From: Folioceros fuciformis
Lineage: Eukaryota
Length of the DNA stretch: 44,431 bases
Assembly (NCBI GenBank): GCA_049999805.1
Contig: JBNGIO010005382.1
Location: 44,296 to 88,726, forward strand
Direction of reading: 5' to 3'
Both the position numbers and the translations under genes were made by a program. Within the stretch, counting starts at the first letter, position 1; each line of letters opens with the position of its first letter. Positions 11,557-23,022 of the stretch are shown piece by piece. A model generated the notes under the pieces. That model made no database searches. It saw nothing but the letters and a program-made list of their open reading frames with translations, and was not told the DNA's origin.

Positions 11557-13894
11557 CTAGTCTGGCAGTTGGTATGCGGCTTGGTCGCTGTTGGAGGAGT
11601 TGGACCTGGTCACGCAATATGGAAGAGACATGAGAAGGTGGAGGCCATACCAGTGAGCTGTGGGTTGCTGGGGAGGATAGGATTGAGGGGGATACCTCTG
11701 TGAGTCGTCGAAGGACATTGCTTCGTCTTCGATTTCCAAGGGATTCAGCATCACATTCCGATCGAAGAAGCCTAATTTGGCTTCCAGTGATTGGCACTCC
11801 TGCAGCACCCTGTCTGTCATGCTGTTAGGTTTCAGAAAGCTCTTCCTGTAAGGAGCTGTGGACCATGAGGTGGCCACCACGGGGTCGGGGATGCCCATGA
11901 TGTCTCGGAAGCTTGCGGCTGCTGTGCTGTTGTCAACCACATTGCTGTCTGAAGATGGTAGTTGGGAGCAGGCCTCGGAGAGAGACTCAGCCAAGTCTAC
12001 CGGGATCTGCTGGGGTGTTGCTCCAGTTTTCGTCACAATGATGTTGAAGTCCCTCTTGGGTGGAAATGCTGACGAGAGAGAGATGCAGAGCAGTTATGGT
12101 AGGCAAGCAAAGCCAGGCCTGACGTGCTAAAGCCAGTCCAGGGGGATGAGGCAAGCTTACAGTTGTGGGCCAGGGAGCCTTGGGTCGGAGGAAGCTTTTG
12201 AAAGGAGGACAGCCGCGTCACTTGGATCATGTTGCTATGTTCAGGAGATGGCTGCGAGAGCCCGTGGGCTGGGATAGCCACAGGAATTGGCACCCTCGGC
12301 TTTAGCTGCTTAATTTCCTCCTGTGCAACATATGGTTCCAGGTGGGATGGCAGTTCATCTTCATCTCAACCCAGCTTTCGGTGTGGTGGCAGAATCATGG
12401 AAGGTCTTTGAATGCAAATGAAATACCTGAGGAGCAACAGCAGCAGCAAGAGGCAGGGCGGAGTCTTGAGGCTGATGAACAGCGGTGAGTTTCTGGCCAG
12501 CTGCATTCGTCACATACACAGCCGACCCATTTGTGACCACAATGTTCCGTGATGAGTACGGCTTGGATGCGGGGTTGGCATGACCAGACTTCCAGGCCCC
12601 TGCATCAGTAGTGTCCAAGAGGCTGGAAACTGTGACATTCTGCAGCTTCACATCTTTCAGCACGTTCTGCCTGGCTGACGCAGGTTCGCTCCCGCTGAAG
12701 CTGCTCACGGAGTCCAGGTTGCTGAAGCTCAGCACGCTTGCTTGGTCCAGGTTAGCAAACCTCACGGTGTTGCCGTTCTGATTGGGGAACAGAAGTTTGC
12801 TGTAACGGTGGCAATGGCGGTAGTGCGCGGAACTGGGAAGTGGAGTTTTCCGGGGACGCCGCAGTTGCTGCTTAGGTGTAGAGGTTGCCGATGGGGCAGG
12901 TGATGCCGAGGGGGATGGCGAGGGCGTTGTGGGTGCTGACCTGCATGCCTTTGCAGCAGGTGAAGGAACCCTAGCCCTAACCCCGGCTCCAGTCCCAGGC
13001 CCGGTTGCTGCAGCCTGCAGGATGTGTGAGTTGATTGCTGTGAACTGTTTCTCTGGTGATTGCCGGGATGCCATGGTCCTGGCGGCAAGTTGGCTCGGGA
13101 TTACGGACTCCAATTGAGCAGGAGGAGACGGAGCGTGCACAACGAAGTACCCGGCCTTGCTGAGAGCTGTCGTCACTGTTTCCTGTATGGCAGATCCATT
13201 CGGAAAGCGGGGGGCCGACTCCGTGCCGAGCCTCGCTGATTTGCAGACTGTCAGAGTTTCTGTCCCTTGCACCTTTCCTTCATGGGTGAACTGCGTCACT
13301 CACACGGATAACAGGATGAGGATTTGTCCTGAAAGTAGAGGATAAAACCAAAGAGATGCTTGCCATGTACAAAGCACCCTCCTTCCTCAACGCCAAATCC
13401 AATCCTATTCCGAGGGAATGGAACAGTTCGCACATATTGGAGTTCCTGACCTGCATCATCATCAAAGTGTCGTCATTCGATGGAGTCGCATATTCTTTCA
13501 CATCCACCGCTCCCGCCGCGACATTGTGGGCCTTGTCCAGCGCAACAGTCTCGGTGTGGATGGTGTGTCCTTCAGGTTCGGGTTCGGGTTCGGCTCGCTT
13601 GGAGCGTGAAGAAGCCTCGTCATCAAGAGGTCCCAGTCCTGGAGTGGTTCTGGCAGGGGAGCGGCCACTGGACGAGAGCTGAGGAGATGTGTCTTTCTCT
13701 TTCCCGGACAACTGCGGGAGGATGATGAGGCTGGACCCTGACTCCGGAGTGGAAGGACAGCTTGATCTCAGCCGAATTGCGCTCACCGGCACAATTATCG
13801 GGATGGAGTTAGCAGAGCCGAGGTAAGGCGGGGCACCGGATTTGTTAAGCGTGGCAGGCCTGGAGGCACCGAGTCTGGACGTGGAGCAACCCAT
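11557..13894 (-). CDS. Unknown Ser/Pro/Thr-rich, probably disordered protein with an MGC N-terminus, ~659 aa, 4 exons
   Basis: Four ORF segments join in frame through GT-AG introns: 13894-13451, 13290-12427, 12320-12161, 12068-11557. Starts MGCSTSR. No family recognised. Confidence 0.6.
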
Positions 13895-13940
13895 GCAGGC
13901 TAGGCTAGGCTAGGCTGGGCTAAGCTAGACTTAGGCTTGC
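13895..13940. repeat. (AGGCT)n-type pentanucleotide microsatellite directly upstream of the start codon at 13894
   Basis: gcaggctaggctaggctaggctgggctaagctagacttaggctt. Confidence 0.8.
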
Positions 13941-14742
13941 ATGCTTCCCGCCTGCCTGCCTCTGATTCCATCCCCACTGACCACGATCACCCCTTTCCTT
14001 TCCCTTTCCTCACGTCCCTTCCTTGGCTCTGTTCTTGATTCAGACTTCCGCAGACCACAGACAAAAGAAAAAAAGAAAAGAGAAGCTCCCACACCGGTTT
14101 CAGCATCTGCTAAAGCTTCCAGCAGCACAGCTTTTGCAGTTTCGTCCAGGTTCCATGTCCTGCGGCAGCAACCTTGTCATGAGCCTGGCCTAGAGACACA
14201 CAACATTACTTCCCCCGCCGGGCCGCCGATGGCGACAGCCGCGTGCTCTCCCCCCACGCCCTACCTCCCCGCACATGCTCGCCGGGCCGGGCCATTGTAG
14301 TACCTAGACCTAGCCACCTTCACGCTCCAGACGAGACAGACAGCTTCACGCTCCCGCGATGGCGACGTGACAGCCGCATTACAGCGCACTCTTCCTGCAG
14401 CCTGTGCTCCGGAGCCACTGTAGGTTCTTCCTGCTCGAGATCCGGACGACGGGCTGGGGCGCAACAGCAGCAGCAGCAGGAACGGTGGATCCCATCCCGA
14501 TGCAGTCACAGGCGGAGCAGAGAGGCCGGGAAAGGCTGGCGAGCAAGAAGCGAGTCACGGGCATCCGGGATCCGTGGGCAGGGCCAGGCAAGTTGATGAG
14601 GAGCAGGACATGCGGCCCTGCTGCTCCTCCAATGAATGGGGCTGAAGGCGGGATTGAAGGTCGCACATGCGGCCGGTGCACGGTACCTTGGACGCCATCA
14701 CTGTGAGCATGTTTGTGCCTGGAGTCTCTCCGACAACGAGAG

Positions 14743-14887
14743 CGGTCTGGTCTGGTCTGGTGCGGTGTGTGGTGTGTGGTCTGTTCTGGTGTGGTGTGTT
14801 GTGGTCCGATCTGGAGTCTGGTGTCTGCTCTGCTCCGCTCTGTTGTGTTGTGTTGTGTTGTGTTGTGTTGTGTTGTGTTGTGTTGTG
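14743..14887. repeat. Pentanucleotide microsatellite tract (GTCTG/GTGTG degenerate, ending in perfect (TGTGT)n)
   Basis: Directly visible; perfect tgttg/tgtgt run at about 14841-14886. Confidence 0.9.
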
Positions 14888-16485
14888 CTCCCGCGCAAGA
14901 GCAAGCAGCAAGGAGCAGGAGCCCTTAAGGGCGTGCTCGTGCGCGTGCGCCAGAGGCTTCACTTGAAGTGCCACGGGAAGCGAAGCGCGTAACTGCCATG
15001 GCAGTGCGCTCTAACTGCAGTCAGCAAGTCAGGCCTGTTTCCAACCATACGTGATGTGTGCGTTGTACTGTGCATACACATATGAAGTGCTGTGGGGCCC
15101 TACTGGTGGCACGCGTATGTCAAACTAAACTCCAATGTGAGTGGGGCCCACCGATAGCTCCAGGCCATGTGAAGCGTATGTACCGTCCAGCACCATCGAT
15201 GGCCCTTCATCATGGCAGTGCCTCCAGCCCTCTAGAGGCTTCAGGGAAGCAGATCTCTCCGTCACGGAGTAAAGCTTCTTTCCCACTTCCTTTTCCCCAT
15301 CCACGCGCAGGCTCTCCGGGAGCTCTTTCAATTTTGCTTTCCCGAGTTCCCCACACCAGTACTTTTCTTGGTTTTTCATCTTTGATATTTACTGCCCCAT
15401 TACATATCTAGGTGATACATGGTACGGGAGCAGGCACAGCCATGATAGAATGGGGGCTAAGAAGAGGAAAAAGAAGATGAAGATAAAATGCAAACCAAGC
15501 TTAGGGTTTGGGTTTAGGATGAATATTAGGGCTAAACATCACTGATCCATATCTCTAGAATGTGATTACTTCTTCTTCTTCTTACTCTTGCTCTTGCACT
15601 GCAATGTTGAAAGATACTATGTGACAAGTATTGGACTTCTAGCTAACACAAACCTTCTCTTCATGACCAAAAGTCCATCACAATCCAAAGAGTGAAAAGT
15701 CACTCAGTGGATCCTTTCGAGTTTGATTCATGTACATATATTTGTGTCCGACCAACCAACATACATAGGACAATAGCAAAGTGTCCTGGACCTAAAAGTT
15801 GTACACTAAATTGACTGACACGAAACTGCCTGACACCCATCAGCAACACTCAATAGACTAGTCAACTTGGCTAGATCGTCATCCAATGTATGTATGTACA
15901 TCTCTTCCTTTCGTTTCAATGCAATGCACCCAACAAGCCTATGTCACAAATCTTGTCTATTGTGTCCTTGCCACAAAACCATGAGAACACAGGATTGAAC
16001 TACCAAGACTAGAACAAGAAAGGGAAGAGTCTTACAATGTAAGCAAACAATAAGACAGTCAGGTGCTAGACTCTATACAAGGCATACATCCTTGTCTTCG
16101 TAATCTAATCTTAAGCACATCCTCAGCACATGCAAACATGAGGTGAAGGCGTGTTCCATTAAATGATCTAATGTTGCCTATATGCAGCCTTGCCTATAGC
16201 CATGTGAATGTAAATATAGTATTCTAATACATGAGCTTCGATTGATATAAATTATGAAACGAACGACTTGACGGTTACGAAGAAAGGGTGTACAGTTTGT
16301 ATGCGCAAAATACAAACGTAGGGGGAGGAATAAAATTAGTGGGAAGGTGGTGTGTTGGGAGCGGCCCGCTTCAGGCCGCTCAGGTTGGGACAACACGGAA
16401 GCGGGGAAGGCAGGGAAGCAAGCGGGCGCACTTGACTAGGCTAGGCCAGGCTGGTTGAGCTGGACAGAGACTTGGGAGCTACGCA

Positions 16486-16563
16486 CAGCCGAGGTCAGGT
16501 AAGGGAAGGTACGGTAAGGCAAGGCAAGGCACGGCGAGGAAAGGCAAGGAAAGGAAAGGTGAG
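16486..16563. repeat. Degenerate (AAGGN)n pentanucleotide tract
   Basis: aggtcaggtaagggaaggtacggtaaggcaaggcaaggcacggcgaggaaaggcaaggaaaggaaagg. Confidence 0.75.
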
Positions 16564-17175
16564 GCATCCGACCTCCGTCCTCAGGCTTCCGGGATCCGGT
16601 CAAAGATGAGGGATCCATGATCCAGTGGGGATGCTGTGTGGAGTAAGCCGATAGGGGGAGGCGTCGGGGTAGGAGCAGGGGCAGGGAAAGTGTTGTTTTC
16701 ATCTGCGGGTTCTGATTGCCGTGGGCGTCCGTCTGGTCTGGGCGCTGCTATGGCATCGGGTGGCAGAGTGAGTGAGAGAGTGAGTGAACGAGATGGGGAG
16801 TTTGCGTGCGGGTTTGCTGTCCTTGACTTGGATTTGATATGCTTTGCTTATAGGCGCTCCGCTTCTGGCTGGCAGCGTGCGTGTGTGCTGTTTGCCCGCT
16901 GCCTGGTGCCTGTTGCCTGTTTCCTGTAGCGGTGTGGCGGGGCCGAGGGCAGCCCAACGCAGCCAAGGTCGTCCTTCTACTTCCTTCTCGCGCCCGCGCC
17001 AGCGTCCGCGCTCAGCTGAGCCCAGGCCCAGGTCCAAGCCCAGTCCCCGACCCAGACCCTGGCCCAGGCCCAGGACGAGGCCAGTTCAGGCCAGGCCACA
17101 TCAGGCCACATCAGGCCGCATTCTATCTCGTCTGGCCTTCCCTATCGGCGTGCATCCGGTCCTCGCCCCTCCCCT

Positions 17176-17275
17176 NNNNNNNNNNNNNNNNNNNNNNNNN
17201 NNNNNNNNNNNNNNNNNNNNNNNNNNNNNNNNNNNNNNNNNNNNNNNNNNNNNNNNNNNNNNNNNNNNNNNNNNN
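17176..17275. other. Assembly gap (100 N) flanked by GC-rich simple repeats
   Basis: Run of 100 N. Confidence 1.
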
Positions 17276-18134
17276 GCCCAGCCCAGCCCACCAGCCGACG
17301 GCAGCGCGAGCGGAAGCTTTACGCGGATCCGACCGCAAACGCAGATGCAGATGCCTCCGCTGCTGGCCCTTCTTAAAGGCCCCGAATTGGGTGCTGAAAC
17401 CGAGGAATTGGAGCCCCGGTTGTGCGCGCCTTCGTCCTCGCCCTCGCCCCTCATCTGGCCAATTGGCGTCCTCTGCTAGGGTTCAGCCATGTGAGTGCGC
17501 CCTCGCGCTCCTGCCCCCTCCTGCTTTCCTTTGCCTTTGCCTCTGCCTCTGCCTCTGCCTCTTGCCTTGCCTGCCTGCCGCCTGCCTTCCCCAGGCTTCC
17601 TTTCCAAGTGCTGCAGCTGGATTGCGGGTTTTGTGTGGCTCCTTGTGAGTTTTTCGTGGCTTGTTGCTGTGTTTGTTGCCGCTGCTGCCGGGGCAGCTGC
17701 ATTTGCTGGGAGGAGGAATTGGGTTGCCTCCAGCGCTCTATCCCCCCTCCCCTTCTTGCCGCATTTGCTTTGCTGCCGGCCAGGCGGTGCAGTATTATTT
17801 GCTTTGGTGCGTTAGGGGGTTTGAATTCCATTTTGTGGGCGCTCAGGATTACCCGGGTGCAAGATCCCGGCCTGGCCTGGGCCGTCAAGTGGCTGGCGCG
17901 AATCTGGTAAGCTCGTTGGCCTTGGCTTGACTCGGGAGCTCTCCTCTACTTACCTACCTACCTAGCTCGCTTTGTGGCCCGAACTTTGGAATTGGGATTT
18001 CATCTCATTTCAGCCCACTGGCATTTCATTCCATGCCATGGCAATTCCATAGCCAGTAGCAATGGAGGCAGCAGCCATTTGATCTCGTGCTGTTTGTGAT
18101 CCGGAATTGTGAATTGGGTAGCGAGGGCAGGGAC

Positions 18135-20491
18135 ATGGATCAGATTGCGCTGCCGGAATGCGTGGTGTGCCTGCAGCACTACGACGAGGAGCAGCACGTC
18201 CCACACGTCCTCTCGTGCGGCCACTCGCTCTGCGTCAGCTGCGTAGTGGAGCTCCCGACGCAGTGGCCGGCTGTGGATTCCGTCGTCGCATCTTCCTCCT
18301 CCTCCGCCCACGCCGCCACCTCTTCCCTGCTGGGCAGCACTTCCAGGCCGCCTGGCTCCGTCATCCGCTGCCCCGAATGCAACTACCGCACCCGCCTCCC
18401 CTTCGGCGGGCCCTCGGGCCTTCCGCGCAACATCGAGCTAATGCGGATGGTGGGCTGCGTGCAGCGATGGGTCGTCAGCCAGGATATGAAGGCCAAGGGG
18501 CTCAAGGCAGCAGGGGACGCCGGGAGGCCGAGGGAAATTGGCGGGCAGCAGCCGTCCTCGGCCCCTGCCTCGGCCGTGGGCCCGAGCACGAGTCCGATAC
18601 GGGTCCCGGTCCCGGAGTCTCGCCACTCGGCCCTCGTTCCGCTCGCCGAGGGGATGATAAGTGAGAACTCTGGGAATTGGGGATTGCAGGAGGAGAGAAG
18701 GACGTGGAGGGATCGGGGGAAGCTCGTCACCAACGCCCCGCCGGACACTGTGTCCGTGCCTCGCCCCGCCGTCGCCAGCCCCGTCGTCATCAGCAAGCTC
18801 ACAGCAATCAGGGCTGCGGAGCAAAGGCGTGCCCAAGCTAACGCTGACGTGAATGGCTCTGAGCTTGGACTGGAGGACGACATGTCGGATGGGCAAGATG
18901 AAGGCGGGGATGACGATTCGGAGGAAAACGATGTGACCGGCTGGGCTTGTTTGGTGGAAGTGAGGACTCTGGAAGGACATTGTGACACCGTGACTTCGCT
19001 CGTGATCTATGGTACGCATCTTCACTTCATTTTGCATCCCTACCCCTACCCCTTTCGGCATTCAGCTAGGTGGGTGGATGGGAGTGAGGAAAAATGGAAA
19101 TGGTGGGGATTGGTGGTGTGGCAGACGGACGTCTTCTCAGTGCTGGCTACGACAAGGGTGTCAAATTGTGGTCACTGGAAGTAAGAGCCTTACCTTGCCA
19201 TTGCTTCCCTTTCGCATTTCAAGGTGTCAGATGTTGAGTCGGTGGGGTGACACGTTGCTCCTCCTCCAGGATGGTGCACTGCTGCAGACTCTGGACGGAC
19301 ACCCGCACAGAGTGATGGCTCTCGCCATAGATCATGAGTCCAAGGTCCTCTTTAGCGGTGACTACGGAGGCCAGATCTTCGTGTGGGATCTGGCTGACTT
19401 GAATGATGTTAAGTCGGTTGTAAACTGGCAAGAACACAACGATTGGAGGTACACCGGGGTGTCTGCCCTTCTGGCGTCGGGAGATGGCTTGCTGTACAGT
19501 GGCAGCGGAGACCGGACCATCAAAGCCTGGAACCTGCAGGTACGTGACGTTGCCATATCTGCCGTCTCTTCATATGTCACATGTTGTGCTTCCTTCCCTT
19601 CCACTGACAGCATCGTCCATTCCTTCTGCTTGCCAGGATTATTCCCTCGTCACGATTATGGAAGGGCACAAGGCCTTGATCTCGTCCCTGCATGTCGATG
19701 GAGAGGTGCTTTACAGTGGCAGCTGGGACGGTTCTGTCCGCTTGTGGTGGCGCTCTGACCACACTTGCCTCACCACCATAGGGGCTGCTGACAACTACAC
19801 GCATGGCTCCATCCGAAGCCTGTCTGGAGCTGCTGGCCTTTTGTTTGTCGGCCGGGACAGTGGTGCCATTCAGGTATGCATATACGTACAATTGCACATC
19901 CAGTACCTTCTGCAACACGTGCGATGACGTACCCGCTATCTTTGTATTCCTCGCTGACACAACTTCCCACAGGTCTGGAAAGATGAAGAGTGCCTGGGCC
20001 TTATCAATGCACATACGGGAACTGTCGCTGCACTATGTGTGGGCGGGAACTGGCTCTACTCGGCCAGCTGGGACAAGTCCCTCAAGGTATCTGCCATCAC
20101 GTCCCTTCTCCACTGAGTTGCTGCTGTCCCATCCAGCCGCCATCCAGCGAGAAACAGTGAATTGTACTCACAAAAAACTCCTTCCCAATTGCAGGCGTGG
20201 CAGCTTCTTCCGTCCATCCTGGACTCTCGCCCGGAAATCGTCAGCATGGGTTCCTCCTCTGTGACAGCAATCGTCGCCCACGATAGAAAACTGTATGGAG
20301 CCTTTTCGGATGGATGCATTAAGGTACAAAATCACTTCCTTCCCTTCGCACCTTCCCACCTGAAATCTCGTTCCCTCATCCCTCAATCAACTTGTGACTG
20401 ACGCCCCCGGTCTGGATGGCAGGTATACCGGGAGATAGAGAATGCCAGAGAGATGCAGAGTGACTCGGAAATCTTTCACTGCAGCGCGTAG
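18135..20491 (+). CDS. RING-finger + WD40-repeat protein (putative E3 ligase; resembles the At1g21651 type), 7 exons
   Basis: RING: PECVVCLQHY...PHVLSCGHSLCVSC...IRCPEC...LPRNIELMR. WD40 repeats: LEGH, LYSGSGDRTIKAW, LYSGSWDGSVRLW, LYSASWDKSLKAW. Exons 18135-19011, 19125-19180, 19270-19539, 19637-19873, 19973-20086, 20195-20323, 20423-20491. Confidence 0.9.
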
Positions 20492-21880
20492 TCCTCTACG
20501 GAGCTGCACTGGTTTTGAAGATAGACAAGAAACTGCCATGGTCCTCAGCTAGGAACGACCTGGCGAATTTTGCACCCGATATTGTCATGGGTACCCTCAT
20601 TGGCGTAGGTAGTATACTAGGCAAAAGATGCCACAGAGCTGCATATACTGCCTGAGTGTGCAGAACTCAGAGACAATCTCTATGAATATCGACTATCAAA
20701 ATACTTATTTCTCCACGCTTTGAAGTCACGTACCGTAAGAGGTGCTCTCGTCCGGACACCTATTTGAAGCATGAAAAATTCTTGCCTCTAGGTCACCAAG
20801 ATGAGCGCCAGCCGCGGGGCCCCTGTACTGTCTGCCCTATCCAGCCCTACTTGCGTCCTGGGCAGAAAGCACAAGCCAGTCCTCGTCGGCAGTGCCCCGT
20901 AACCTTGAGCACATGCTTGGTTTTCTCAGCGAGCCAACCAGCACGCAAGGGGTGGCACACGCAGCCTCTTACTCCTCCCTCCGACCAAGAGGACAATGAC
21001 TGCAACTGGCGAAAACCCTAAACCCCTGAACACGCCGTGAAAACCCTGATGACAGTCCAACAGCCCTGACAGCAGATCCAAGCGACCTGTTTACGACGCC
21101 CTCCCGTCACACCTACGGTGAACTCCTCCCTCCCGACTCCTCCTCCCTCCCTGCTTGGAGAGGATGATGCTTGGAACCCTTGCGGCTAGGGCTACTGCTA
21201 CCACTACCGCTACCGCTCCCGCTCCCGCTCGATAGCTGCCGTGTATTGCAGGATCTGATTGAGGGCCAGCAGCACAGCCAATTCCTGCTCTCCCTTATCG
21301 TCCATAGCCAGCCAGGCTTGCACAACCACCACCACCACCTGACAAACCATGGCTGCTAGGGTCGCAATCTGCCGCTGTTGAAGTCGCTTCTTCCGCCTCA
21401 TTGCCACGCAATCAAGGTGCAATTGCAGAATGCAGATGCAGCTTCCGAGCATCCCAGGAACAAAGCCGCAAAACCCACACAACCTTGATGCACGGACAAC
21501 AGAAAAGCGGGGACTCGCACCTGCCTTCACCTCACACAGTAAGTGTCATCTTCAGTGGGATGAGACCTACGTGTGAACCACCCACAGTCTACCTACCTCG
21601 CTGCGCATCTCATCTCTTCCTACATATTCGGTAAATCAGTATCGTTTTTCCAATCATAACTCCGTTTCTAAATTTTTTATAGCTATTATATAACTAGTGG
21701 ACAAAACTTGATATAAAGATATTGGTTTGAGATTTTTTAACGCACATACAACATGTGAGGAGACGTTATATTACATCCTTTCTTCCAGCCAGATTATCTC
21801 TTTGAAATCATTCCTTAAAATCAAAGATAATATTTTTATTCAATATATATTTAATTCATAAAAATAATTTAATATGTTTT

Positions 21881-22445
21881 TAGTTTTGGGTTATTTGTCA
21901 TCAAATTTAGGTTATTTGTGATTGACTTTGAGTTATCCATAATTGATTGAGTTTGCGCTAGGCAATCAAACTTGAGTCATTTGTGATAGAGTTTGAGTTA
22001 TTGGTGATTGATTTAGGGTTACTTGTTGTTCGAGTTACAGATGATTGAGTTTGAGGGATTGGTGATGAGTGTGGGTTATGTGTGATCGAGTTGGTCACTT
22101 ATGATCGATTGTCGATAATATATAATCGAGTGTGGGTTATGTGTGATCGAGTTGGTCGAATATGATCAATTGTCGGTAATCTATAATCGAGTGTGGGTTA
22201 TCTGCGATCAAGTTTGGGTTACCTATGATTGAGTGTGGGTTATCTATGGTCTAGTGAAGGGTATATCTGATAGAGTTTAGGTTGTCTGTGATCTAGTTTG
22301 GGTTATGAGTGATCAAGTTTGGGCTATGTATGATCGAGTTTAGGTTACTTGTGCTCAAGTTGAGTATCGATGATTGAATTTGAGTTATCTACAATCGAGT
22401 GTAGGTTATTCGTGATCGAATTTGGGTTATCTGTACTCGAGTTGT
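21881..22445. repeat. Degenerate ~21-bp minisatellite (consensus about GAGTTTGGGTTATCTGTGATC) with a local 62-bp higher-order repeat
   Basis: Recurrent gagt(t/g)tgggttat..gtgatc units; near-identical 62-bp blocks start at about 22067 and 22129. Confidence 0.85.
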
Positions 22446-22716
22446 GGCAAGCTTATCGAGTATATATGTTAATCCTCGAGCTCTATGTAGTTATAGAATT
22501 TCTCACTACTATCACTATTCGAAAGAAGGTGAGCTGCTTGATTGTGCATTGTGATTTGCCTCACTCATACTTGGTTTCAGCTTTATATTAGATAGATTTC
22601 ATCAATTTCTGTTGTTACTGATTCCATGTATTATTGTGTTCAAGTTGAAAGTCTAAGCACTTGGAGGAGATGGAAAGTTTTATTAGATCATCCCACTTTT
22701 AAATGGGGCTAAGAGG

Positions 22717-22868
22717 TTTTGTATGTTGCTTTGTTGGGTAGGTCAAAGGTGAAGGGAAGGAAGTGAGCAAGTCAATCTGTACCAATCAGATTTTGTATGT
22801 TGCTTTGTTGGGTAGGTCAGAGGTGAAGGGAAGGGAGTGAGCAAGTCAATCTGTACCGATCGGATTTT
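22717..22868. repeat. 74-bp tandem duplication just upstream of ADA2
   Basis: ttttgtatgttgctttgttgggtaggtca.aggtgaagggaagg.agtgagcaagtcaatctgtacc at 22717 and 22791, few mismatches. Confidence 0.92.
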
Positions 22869-23022
22869 GGGTATGGTGGAAGATGGACAGTGAAAGATCT
22901 GCAGGTTCTTGTTGGAGCAGCTGAGGTGTGTGTGGGTTTTTTGTTTTTTTAATAATAATTCGAAATTCTGGACAGGAAGGAAAGAGGCACCAGGGTGGTT
23001 TCGGAGAGAGAGTCCGTGCGCG

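Noticed and set aside
14555-14992. ORFs with CCVVL/HNTTQ repeats
   Set aside because: These are translations of a pentanucleotide microsatellite.
15418-15432. CA-TGGTACGGGAGC resembling an LTR primer-binding site
   Set aside because: Only a partial match to TGGTATCAGAGC; no paired LTRs or gag/pol visible.
16844-17930. Long GC-rich ORFs spanning or next to the N gap
   Set aside because: Kept open by Ns and simple repeats; no recognisable protein.
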